This document shows positions 23,270 through 34,026 of a stretch of DNA of 64,000 nucleotides, one piece after another (within the stretch, counting starts at the first letter, position 1; each line of letters opens with the position of its first letter). The position numbers and the translations under genes are program-made. Below the pieces are notes generated by a model. It was given only the letters and a program-made list of their open reading frames with translations. It was not told where the DNA came from and made no database searches. This DNA comes from Cenococcum geophilum (taxonomy: Eukaryota), in the NCBI GenBank assembly GCA_050273025.1, contig CP158636.1, positions 5,394,001 to 5,458,000 of the forward strand, written 5' to 3'.

Positions 23270-25790
23270 ATGTCATTGCAATCACCTCTTTCGGTCGGGG
23301 ACATTATACTGCTGGGGAAGATTGCGTACAAAGTAGCTAGAGCCCTATCGTCTGGCTCTAAATCAGCGCCTGCGGAATTCGCCGAAGTCCAAGCCCTCTT
23401 ATTCTCCCTCAAAGAGTCATTCGATTTGCTCTCTCAAACGTTAGCCGAGCGCGACCGAAGCGAGGAGGGCTCTGGGCCACAAAATCCGGGGGAATCACGG
23501 TCTGAGCGGCAGCCCGGGCTTGCGAATATTCTAACTAGCTGTCGCGACGTGCTTGTGCATCTCGAAAGCTTCGTTGAGAAGTACTCAGTGCTAGATTCGA
23601 CCACCGAGGACCAACAAGAGCCACGGACTCGAACATTGAGGGAGGATCTGAAGAAGAGCTGGAAGAAGGTCGCGTGGACCAAGGAGGGAGGGGATATCGC
23701 CAAACTGAAGCAGACGCTGATCGCCCATACTAATGCGCTTCATCTCGCTATCACTGTCATCAACGGGCAAGTGTTCTCTATTCCGCTGGCCTCGGGTCGG
23801 AACGCTAACGTGGCTGTGTGGTAACAGGAGCCAACAAGCTGCGATCAAAGGACAAGTAGAGAAGATCCATGGCAAGTTGGACGAGATATACGAATGGTTC
23901 CTGGCGAATCTCAAAAGACCGGGGGTCGAGAGCGTTATTTCAGCCTCGGCGCCGGAGGATGCAGGGCCGCCGGACGACTTGACTCTATTGACTGGGAATG
24001 ATGCAGCGTTTTTATTGTATCGCCAGAAGAAGCCTGGGGATCCAGCAAGAGACATGACTCCCGTTTGCCCGCGGGTGACCTTCAACCCGGCTCTATTTAG
24101 CGATGAGATATCCGGTGGCCTCCCGTCACTTGCTTCACTCTTCTGCTGTCTTTGCGGTAGATCCAGGCGGGAGGGGGCTCGCGAGCTAGATGACCACACG
24201 GAGAAACTCAGCTTTACCCGCAAGTTGTTGGTTTCTCATGCGAGAGCTTGGGCTAACTAGACTCAGTGCTGCCTATTAGCCTCCCCGTACGGATAGTCGA
24301 TCAGTCCTGCCATAACACATGGCAAGTCTATGTCGCCTCCCCTCTCTCCAGCTCTCCGGTCTCGCTAATTCTCTCCCCCATTCGTCCGGCCTGTAAGAAG
24401 TCGTCGTAAGCGTAGACATGTGACGACGTAGCTGACAGCTGTTTCGATCAGGCGTCTCGGAGATAGAAAAGGCCGCACAGCGGCTTGGGGTTCTGCAAGC
24501 CGCCCGCCATTTTTCGAACGACTTGACTACGGCCTTGGTGCGACGTTCTCCGGATGAGATTTCTGTCCTATCATCTAGAGCGTGAGTTCCTGTCCCCGAA
24601 ACCTCAGAAACGCCGCATGTTGTTGACCAGAGTTTTCGGTGCAGTTTTGTCCTCCACCTGGCGGCGAAGCTCTTGTCTGTCCGGCTCGTGGCCAATGGAG
24701 TCCGCTTGGTGGTCGAGCAGGTCGACACCCTGCAAATCTTGCAGTACGCGTCCGCTGCTCTGCCGGGAGCAACGTCATGGGACTCAAGTCTTGCCCACGA
24801 GTTCGGGAGTATCCGCTTCTCCAGCCAGCAGTTTTGCCAAGTTGCCGTGCAGTGCAAACCACGGATCGCTGGGACCCAGGGGAGTGCCCAGAATGAACGA
24901 TACACTCTACACAGTGAGGCCCCGTGTTAGTCGTGCTTAGGAAAGCCATATCGGCGCTAACCCACGACACTATAGTCGCTCACGACTCCACGGTCTCTGG
25001 CAGCAGAGGTGTCAGATATGCCACCATCTGTAAGGTAAATTGTGTCCACGAAAAGGCGGCCGAGACGGATGCGCAGCTCATCAAATGCGACGAGGTAGAG
25101 TTTGAGTTTTCGGACCGTTCTGGTAGGATCGCTTGCGACTTACTCTGCATCGCATTTCAATCAGTGTGACGAGCTAACAATGGTGGCAGCTGCTCAAGAA
25201 TTCCGCGCAAAGATTTCTGAGGCAAAGAAGGCCATGCTCATACAGTACCTTCAAAATATTAGGCATGGTGACCGTGTCGTTTATCAGAGGTAAGAACAGT
25301 CGCCATACAATAATGCCACACTGGTTTTGAGCTGAGGCTAATAACGCCCCTAGAGAGGTCGGCGATATTGTGATTGGCCATCTTGTCCTCTCCAATGCGC
25401 AGTTGAAGGTTGTTCGCGATCTCTCCACCGGCAAGCACAGATTGATGTTGCTAGGGGGTGACCACACCGCCTCAGCTTGCTTTGAACGTGGGTTCCCCGA
25501 ACAACTACAGTCTGAAGCCGTGTGCCTACTGACGTGCTGGTCTCCAAGTCACGGAAAACTTTCTTGATAGGCTGGCCGAGAGCGTTCGGCCGCAAACGCG
25601 AAGTTACGTCACGCAATTTGTTAATATCCAAGAAGATGGCGTGAACATCGTAGAACAGTCCATCGAGATTGATCTGCTATCGCCATTGGAGAACGATCGT
25701 GAGTCTGACCCGATTGGAAACCCGTCTAGTACTACGTCTCAGCAACTAAGAGATCCTGGTAAAGTGAATTTAGCTCTACGGCTAAGATAG
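23270..25790 (+). CDS. 9-exon protein with a fungal N-terminal helical domain (STAND/NACHT-N or HeLo-like type) and a beta-rich C-terminal region
   Basis: N-terminus SVGDII.LG.IAYKV...AP.EF.EV...L.SL...L..C...L..LE.FVEKY...WKKVAW...DIAKLK..L..H..AL.L resembles fungal STAND N-terminal domains. Eight introns with branch sites (two with GC donors) splice into one open frame ending at TAG 25788-25790. Confidence 0.8.
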
Positions 25791-25959
25791 GGGCCGCGCA
25801 GCACCGTTGCCAAATACGGCACGCCCGGTCGGATGTTTGATTGGAAGAGTATGAAAACGGACGCTACTAGTTATATTCCTAAGTATGTAGAGAGGAGTAA
25901 AGAAAAGAAGGAGAGAAGGAGCGAACTGCAGAGAGTTGCATGGAGGGGTGTAGTTAGGT

Positions 25960-26506
25960 TTACCTATAACTAGTAAATATCACTAAATGTGGAGAAGAGG
26001 TTAGCATTAGAGAAAAGACAAAGTGACTGAAGCTATACTCAAAAAGGAAGAAACTTAGAAGGGCCCTGCTACACTCAAGGAGGCAACGCACTTGGACGAA
26101 GTTTACCGAGTTGCTACTCCGTATCCCCACCGACGGCCTTTCGAGAGCCGGCTTGACAAGGTCATTCCTGAGAAACGGGAGCCAATTGACCTTAGCACAG
26201 GAGCCACGCCAGCAAAGACACGACCTGCGGTTCTCGCCTCTCGAGTTCTCATAAACTTGAGTCCAATCTAGATACGTCGAAGGGATTAGTGCAGTTGATC
26301 TGGAAATATCCCTAGGGCGGCCTGTGGTGAAGACGTTTTGAATACCCCTATCTAGGTAGACGTCACGCCTCTGTATGTCGTTGCCTGAGCGTGCTGTCTG
26401 GGAAGGATTCATGTAAATAGAGCCATAGCGCCATAGCCTAGAGGCTGCATGCGCAGTATTCTACGTAGTATAATACAACGGATATAAAATAAAAATAAAA
26501 AAAAAG
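25960..26506 (+). mobile_element. Degenerate element ending in an A-rich tail; probable non-LTR retrotransposon 3' fragment (copy 2 of the 6027-6132 repeat)
   Basis: Ends ...gtataatacaacggatataaaataaaaataaaaaaaaa; last 100 bp shared with 6027-6132; left boundary approximate. Confidence 0.55.
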
Positions 26507-26529
26507 CGTGCTGCCCAACATGGCTATCC

Positions 26530-26770
26530 CCCGCAACGGTGACGTCCACACAGTATGTGGCCCGTGCGGGAACACCGCATCATTTATAGATTCAATCAAT
26601 ATATTTTTGTCAACCATGCCTTTTAATCGTACTTCTAATAATATAGACTTTGTTCCACCGACTCAATGCCATATTCCACCAACTCGCAAGGCCAAACAAC
26701 GCCTCCCGAAGCCCTAGTCACTGCCCGCATTCGAACCTCTATGGGTGAGGATTACGACTCCTGTGGCCTA
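26530..26770 (+). mobile_element. piggyBac 5' fragment
   Basis: MPFNRTSNNIDFVPPTQCHIPP aligns with MPLNRTSKDIDLVQPT*YKVPP at about 58902; upstream gtatgtggcccgtgcgggaacacc resembles gtaggtggtccgtgcggaacacc at about 56730. Confidence 0.75.
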
Positions 26771-27943
26771 GGTCCTATTGATTCTATTGGCCAAGCCTTA
26801 TCGATAACTGTGGACGAACTTTACCGATACGTAGGTGAAGGTAGACGGAGTTCCTTGTTGTCCGTTCACGAAGACTAGTTTACACCTAGGCACTTTATGC
26901 TGAGAATGTGGACCGTCCAGTCATAGCAGTTGTAGTCGTTCCCGACCTGGATCAACTCAAAGCACCTCTCTCGCCTCAATAGTAACTACCCTCAAACGGC
27001 TTGTCGCACTTCCGCAAATCCAATCCTGACCAGCATCCAAACTCGTCGCATCAACGCTCAAGTATGACCCACTGCAGTACGCCGGCTTCCACGACTCCTT
27101 CGGTCTCCACACATTCACCATCACCATCTCTCTTCGAACCTGGATCCCAGGATCTTGACCCCCCATTCCCTCCACAATCGCTTTCGGCACCCCCACCTCG
27201 CCAACCTCAAACTCCCCCCTCGTCGAAAAGCACCTGACGCCACAATTGCCGCAACACGCCCACTCACTCCCCTCCCCGGGCCCTTATAGTCCCTAAAGAT
27301 CCGTATATTAGATTAGTTTAAAACAGCCCAGGAAATTACGGAAAAGAATATCGCGATCGACTAATATAGAAGCTATAGAACTAGAACGATACTACCTAGC
27401 CTGAAGAGTGTAAGAGAGGTGACGGGAGGGAGAGAGAATAAGAGTACCGCGGAGACGCGGAGATAACGACGACAACGGAGGCTGTGGCGAGCGGTAAAAC
27501 ATGAAGGATGATAGGTGTATTAGGGAATGGCATGCTAGACGCAGGCTGGACTCTACGGAATAGCAGCTAGAACGGAAGAAAGAGGTTTTCGTGTAATTGC
27601 GTGTTTTTCCTATAGGAGGCGCCCGCTCTCGTGGACTATCAGGGACCGACATAGAGCAAATACAAGATCTAATAGTAGTTAGATTAACAGGAGCCTTAGA
27701 TGAAGCTAGTCTGAAGAGAGACTGCTATTAGCTAGAAGAGCGATGTTCCTACATCGTGGCAGCCTTAAAGATATTTGATTAAAAGGTAAGTATTAGCGAA
27801 TCTAATAGTCCTAGAACTGGGGCCTTCCTGGCTCTAGGGTCCAGAAATAGGACCGGTTAGTCTGAGAGACGATGCATCCCTATAAGTTATTAGGCCTAAT
27901 TTCGGGACCTCCTTTGTATGCTTAGGGTCAAATCAGGCACAAC

Positions 27944-28072
27944 CAGGGGTGGATCAGTCGAGCTTAGGATCCGCTCAGGCACGCTCACGCTTGCTTAAGT
28001 CTGCTTAGGGCAAGCTCAGTCTTGCTTAGCTACGGCTTAAGCTGCTTACTTATTACTCACGTTACACCCCTA
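27944..28072. mobile_element. Miniature hAT-like remnant
   Basis: CAGGGGTG...CACCCCTA termini enclosing many GCTCA/GCTTA units; no clear 8-bp TSD. Confidence 0.45.
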
Positions 28073-28740
28073 CGTTACTCAGGCCTAAAACCAGAAGTAG
28101 AGTTTGTATAAGGTGATTCTGACCTTAAATTAGTGAAGTACTACGCTAAAATAGTAAGTCTACTCGATATAACCTATATAAATATAGTTCTCGTTTTACC
28201 TTTTTATAAAAATAATATATTTAATAGATCTAGTTAGTAGGAAGTAAAAAAGGGTTAATTTATTAAATATAAAAAAAGCTTGTAAAAAAATTATATGCCT
28301 TGTTGAATGCAGCTGCCTCGTTGCAAGCCGGGCTCATAACTGTAACGGTGCAATGCGAAAGTGAGAAACAGATTGATTAACGACTGATGGCCGTAGCTAC
28401 GACTCTGTACTCCGCTCTATAATAGATGCATGCTGCTAATTCCCTATTACCCCCTCGTTTTGCTCTCAAATAGAGCCGAGGTGAGAACTAGGTACATTTG
28501 CCATCCATCCTGTAGGCTATATATAACTCTAGTGGTCGTGATAACCACCACAGAATGCACGCCAGACATTAATGCGCGGTCAGATGTTCGTCCGCCCCTG
28601 CCTAGCACTCACTTATTCTCCCATGCTCGCTGCGCGTTTTGGAACTCACGGACCGGCAGTGAGGTGCATTAAGGGCATTGGCTCTTTAAGATTTGTCGCA
28701 GGCTATCTCTAGATATGCGGGGTTTAAGATTCAGAAGGGC

Positions 28741-29469
28741 TTACTTGGTAAGGACTTGGCCCTTACCCACTCTCTTGGTGACCGTAGTTCTGTCTAGGCC
28801 ACCCTTTCCTCGGCGAATCTTTTCGTTAAACCATAATCTAACACTTTCTTCCTCGCAAGAATCAAGCACCGTGTCTTCAACCATTGGTATGCCATACACA
28901 TAGGATATAGACCAGCACTCTAATGAGTCGCGCCAGAATCCTGGAGAGTCCTGGAGGAGGGTCCTAATAAAGCTCTCTAGGAGGGGAGCCGTTTTGGGAT
29001 AATACAAGTTCTCATGGCAATGGAATCTCTGCATCGATGACAGATCGCTAGGGGGGGTAAGGCCGATATATGTGCTTCGAAGCAATACAACTCTTTCGGG
29101 GCCAGTCAGCCCTGCTGGAAATTGGAACCGCACGGAGTTGTTATCCAGCATTTGGTATCCAGGAATTTCCATAGGATTAATCCGTCGAGCTATCTCGTCG
29201 TCTGGAAGAAGTTTTGGATTGATTATACCGTACGACCATGGGGCGGGGCGAAAACCTGCCTTAACCAACTTCTGTGCGGCCAGGTCGAAATCAGATTCAG
29301 AAGGGATCAGCATATAGCTCTGGGTTATATTTATTAGTACAACCATTAGTATGCGTAGTAGAAGGCGTACATTAAGCATTGTCCCCGCTCCAAGAAAGGC
29401 CATTGCCTGTTCACCCCAAATAACCACTTTAACAGGATGCAACGCCTGAATAACAGATTCGAAAGCCAT
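28741..29469 (-). CDS. Fungal hypothetical protein, possibly nucleotidyltransferase-like fold; one 51-nt in-frame intron
   Basis: V.IWGE.A..FLG N-terminus, F..A..KL...GF, C-terminal GG.DR.TVTKR.G; GTACGC..CTAAT..CAG intron after MLN. Confidence 0.65.
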   Translation of the reverse strand: MAFESVIQALHPVKVVIWGEQAMAFLGAGTMLNVRLLLRILMVVLINITQSYMLIPSESDFDLAAQKLVKAGFRPAPWSYGIINPKLLPDDEIARRINPMEIPGYQMLDNNSVRFQFPAGLTGPERVVLLRSTYIGLTPPSDLSSMQRFHCHENLYYPKTAPLLESFIRTLLQDSPGFWRDSLECWSISYVYGIPMVEDTVLDSCEEESVRLWFNEKIRRGKGGLDRTTVTKRVGKGQVLTK

Positions 29470-30281
29470 TGTGGCATTAAGAGCGGCAGAAGACTAGCTG
29501 AGTGCGGGCTATAGCCTAGCGCTAGAGGTGGTCGAAATCAAGTTTCCTGTCCGTCGTATACAGGAAGGTTGTGTGACAGTGGGTTTTATTGTGGAGTCTA
29601 AGTGATGGATGTGAAAGCAGAACAGTGCTTTATTTCTTAATTTGTTGGCGTCCTACTTTATCGATAAGGTGATGGGTCCGTGCATGCAACACCAAAAGTT
29701 CGTTCAATCTAGGGTTCCTCATTGGCTGGGGCCTTATCGATAACGTTGCGCCATAATTGACGGGTTAAGGGATACTCGTGTAGAGATCGCCCTTGTAGTC
29801 TAAGAGTCACGTGCGCGGCCAATCTCAATTCCGACCCAAAACCTGTCAAAATCTAACCAAGAATCGCGATAAAAGTAAGCCATGGCCTGATCATCGAGTT
29901 TGCCGGCATCATTTCTCATGGTGCTATGCTTTTCTGGTTTCAGCAATTAGCACAGTTAAAATCAAAACGTGCTTAAGGGTGGTCGCAAGCAGAATAATTC
30001 CAATCAATCGGGTATTTGGCAATCTGGCTATCTCCAAACTTAACGCCCGCAATTTGGCCAGAGAAGGCCCGCCGTCATTGATTGATTACTACAGCAGACC
30101 CAGCCTTTTCTCAGACTTCGTTGATCCTCATCCTATCTCATTCTTTGCAACTGACAAGCTAGGCTTCATCAAATCTTACTCCACCTCCGGCGCTTCCAGC
30201 CTCATTATTCGCAATCTAATCTCCTAGCCCCACCAACCTATCATCACGCCCCTCCTGCTCTCACCACCATTCATCGCCACC

Positions 30282-31070
30282 ATGGGAAAACCTCCGAATC
30301 TCTACGCTTACCCGGACACAGACGAGCTCGCTCAAAACCTCCGAACCTTCGTTCTCGATGCACAGAATAATGCTTTCGAACGCCATAACATATTCCGGGT
30401 CGGAGTGTCTGGTGGTTCGCTCCCCAAGATCCTCGCGAAAGCGCTCCTCGAGAAGACCAATGGCGACGGCGTGCTTGACTTCAACAAGTGGGAGGTTTTC
30501 TTTGCCGATGAGCGCGCCGTCCCGCTCGACCATGAAGACAGCAATTACAGGCTGGTGAAGGAGGAGCTTCTGGATAAAATACCAGCTGAGCTGGGCAAAC
30601 CTACCGTCTACCCGATCGATGATAAATATCTGGATGACATTCAAGAGATGGCAGATCAGTACGAGCAGACACTGGTCAAGTGCTTTGCAGCAAGAGACAG
30701 TGTCAGAGTACCCATGTTTGACCTACTCCTCCTCGGTTGCGGTCCCGATGGTCATACTTGCAGTCTGTTCCCCGGCTCTCCCCTCCTCAGAGAAGCCGAA
30801 GCCTGGGTCTTACCCATCAGCGATTCACCCAAACCACCACCAAAACGAATTACCCTGTCACTTCCCGTAGCATCCCACGGTATCAAGATTGGGTTTGTGG
30901 CTACCGGAGGGGGAAAGAAGGAAATCATGAAGCAAATCTTCGATACAGAGGAAGGACGCCAGCTACCCTGCGGCCTAATCAACGAATCTGCGCAGGACAG
31001 AGCTAGTTGGTTCGTCGACTATCCTGCAGTGGAAGGGGTCTCATTTCCAAGCCGACGAGGCAGCCTCTAG
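30282..31070 (+). CDS. 6-phosphogluconolactonase (SOL family)
   Basis: GVSGGSLP, FFADERAVPLDHEDSNY, FDLLLLGCGPDGHTCSLFPG, DSPKPPPKRITLSLP. Confidence 0.96.
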   Translation: MGKPPNLYAYPDTDELAQNLRTFVLDAQNNAFERHNIFRVGVSGGSLPKILAKALLEKTNGDGVLDFNKWEVFFADERAVPLDHEDSNYRLVKEELLDKIPAELGKPTVYPIDDKYLDDIQEMADQYEQTLVKCFAARDSVRVPMFDLLLLGCGPDGHTCSLFPGSPLLREAEAWVLPISDSPKPPPKRITLSLPVASHGIKIGFVATGGGKKEIMKQIFDTEEGRQLPCGLINESAQDRASWFVDYPAVEGVSFPSRRGSL

Positions 31071-31654
31071 GTCCGGGAGCACGGCTCGATAACCAAAGAC
31101 ACTTCAGGCGAAGAAAGTGGTTGTGATCTGGGCGTAATTTCGGTATTATGTGCTATTGCGATGGATATCCACTATGTTCTTTTTGGACGATTACAACCTT
31201 AGCGCAAGCTTCGGTGGACCTCTCGCTTTGAGTCAGAGCATTCTGCTGTAGTAGAACTTTATATAGATTTGACGAAAATGAATCTCGTTAAGCTACATAA
31301 CCAGGGTGCCATGAAACTTGTGGGTACGTGTCGCAACCAACTTACCGATATGGACCAGTTCATCACATTTTGAACCAGAAAATCTTCCCAATAATTGCAA
31401 GACGGGTATAACCTGAGAACTTTGTTGGCCCCTCGACCACACAATGGAGTTAAGCCAAGATCTGGAAAAACCGTACTTTCTCCACCCCGAATGAGGTTCT
31501 TCTGCTAGTGGATACGAGCTCCCACCGCTCTTTTTCCCCCACAACACAACGAATATTATTTCCCACAACTGAAAAGGTATCAGTTAAAGCAATCCAATTG
31601 ACCTGTGAAAGCCAATTGTCACCTCCTATCGCACACAAACAGCAATCCGCAGTC

Positions 31655-32643
31655 ATGACCCAAGCAGGAAGCGTCTACCCTCCCCTCGAGGCCCGTCCGA
31701 TGAAAAATACAATCTGCCTCTTCGACGTCGATAAGACCCTGGTTCCAGCGAGACGGGCATGTGCCTTTCCATTCATGCCCGGCACTCGACAGAACCCATT
31801 CACGACATACTCCCTCTCCAATTTACAGAGTCTGCAAAGAAAGTCTCACCATCCCCCCAAAAAGACTCGCCCACATCCCTTGCCCCCTCCCTCTCTCCCC
31901 CAAGAAGTCCCAAAAGTCCCAACTAGCACCTCCGTCTAGACTGCCTCGCTAGAAATGCAATCCCTCCTCTCCCATCTTCACCACAAATGCGCTATCGGCT
32001 ACGTCAGTGGTTCCAACCTCGCCAAACAGTAGGAGCAGCTCAGCACACCCTCCGCCCCCGTGACCTCCCTCTTCGACTTCTGCTTTGCCGAAAACGGCCT
32101 CGCGGCCTTCAAAATGGGCGTCCCCCTCTCTAGCACCTCCTTCATCGACTGGATCGGCGAGACAAAGTATAAGGCGCTTATCAACTGGGTGCTGAAATAT
32201 ATTGCCGACTTGGATATTCCCGTGAAGCGGGGCACGTTTGTGGAGTTCCGGAGTGGTATGGTGAATATTTCGCCAATTGGACGAAATGCAGGTAACGTGG
32301 AGAGGGACGAGTTCCAGCGGTATGATAAGGAGCATGGGATCAGGAAGACGATGGTGGAGGCGTTGAAGAGGCAGTTTCCGGACTTGGGGTTGACGTATTC
32401 GATTGGGGGCCAGATTTCTTTCGATGCTTTTCCGGTTGGGTGGGATGAGACGTATTGTTTGAGGCATGTGGAGGCCGAGAAGGAGAGGAGTGGGTTGGTT
32501 TATGATAAGATTCATTTCTTTGGGGATATGACTCAGAAGGGGGGGACGATCATGAGCTCTACGAGGATGAGAGGACGATTGGGCATACGGTAGCGAATCC
32601 GGAGGATACGATGAGACAGCCGAAGGAGTTGTTCGATTTATAG
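31655..32643 (+). pseudogene. SEC53: Phosphomannomutase (PMM/Sec53) pseudogene
   Basis: [50 protein letters not shown]. Premature TAG at 32030-32032 (KQ*EQL), frameshift in the G run at about 32539-32546 (KGG[N]DHE), substitutions VGGS->VSGS, WDKT->WDET, GDK->GDM. Confidence 0.9.
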
Positions 32644-33071
32644 GAGATGGAGGACTGGTCGGAAAGAAGAGTGGACGAGTATTAATGAGATCGAAAGGGT
32701 TTAAAGGTGCGAAATAGGAATGCTGCTTTTTGTGGTAAAAGATAGAAGTGATGGACTGCATACTGGTGTGGTTTTCACGGAAAGGTTCTGATGCATTAGA
32801 AATCTAGAATGGCTCGAAAACGCCTGACACGGCATTCGCAGCAGGATCTCTAGGAGGTAACTGTTACTAGGCTCCTAGTAGATAGATAATAGGGAGCAAA
32901 AGGACAGAAACAAATTATAAATAGGACAGTGATTGGCGTTAGGATTGACCGGTTTGATTGGTGGGCTCTTATCGATACCGTAACGACCAATTCTGACGGA
33001 TAGCAACAGCAGTTATAAAATACCTGTCTACCTACGGAATACGCGCTGAAGAGCTACCGTATTCCTTTGCT

Positions 33072-34026
33072 CTACCCCTTATTAGGTAGCCCTACTTTCT
33101 TCAAGGAGCTTTAAAAGACCCATAACTAACCGGAGAGCCTCAACTCTTTAGACAGGTTTGCGAAGGTCAAATAGCTCTGAGCGGCGAAGATATAGATCTC
33201 GGCTTAATGGCTTATTTTAGCAAAGCTCCTCTATATAGGTGCGGTATAGAGTAGCAGTAGCGAGTTGTAGATAAGTTCCTTGCATACAGAGAACAAATGC
33301 TTTATAACTATCCCGTCCTGGTTCTTGAGTGTATATCGTAATCCCTTGTCCTAAGATTTGCAATGCTTGCTGAGCGATAGGATCTATCTTATAATCCGAA
33401 TCCCATGCCTAGATTTTACTATTAGATTCTGGTTATAACTGAAGAGTTAAACTTACTATGAGCGTGGCAATCGGAAGCATTTTTGTACAATCCACTGGAT
33501 GAATAATCCCTTCGCAGCTTATCGCACATTTAATACCGCCAGGCTGAATTGTGAATGTCATGCTTGATCTCCTTCTATATGTCCACGTAATACGAGTTCT
33601 TTTCATCTCAACAGAGTATGTCAGCTCTTCAATAAAATTCCATAGAATCCTTGAAGAGTATTCCGTATTATCAGACCACGATGCATGGGAAATTTCAATG
33701 AAGAACGGGCGGAAAGGATGTTGTCGAAAGCATAAGTTGTATTTAAAATCTTCTAAATCGGCCTCTGTTGGCTGAGCAATCTCTTCCGCAAGCTGCTGAA
33801 AGACTATATAAAAATTAGCGCCTTGCACGCAGTACCCGAGAAATAGCAGAATGAAGTTACTTTTGTCTTTATCGGTAGGTAGATATGCGGGACCAACAAG
33901 CTTTACTGCCGGTACTTTAAGCTGTTGAGCTACTCTGAGGGCCTTAAGGTGATTGATACTCCATCTTTTTGATGATTGAAGTAGTAGAGAGGACCTAGGC
34001 TCCGGCAGCTCTGATGAGGAGGCCAT
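33072..34026 (-). pseudogene. Hypothetical-protein pseudogene with RIP-type nonsense mutations
   Basis: ORF 33433-34026 splices (GTAAGT..CTAAT..TAG) into a last exon AWDSDYKIDPIAQ...EELC*NKPL...RRSELFDLRKPV*RVEALRLVMGLL; TAA stops at 33217-33219 and 33148-33150. Confidence 0.72.

Noticed and set aside
26957..27240. Fragment containing VNVWRP, reminiscent of CmcJ/AsaB-like enzymes
   Set aside because: One short motif in a broken frame; not enough to call.
268..32643. DPM2 and PMM as a mannosylation gene cluster
   Set aside because: They are 31 kb apart with unrelated genes between, and PMM is a pseudogene; likely coincidence.
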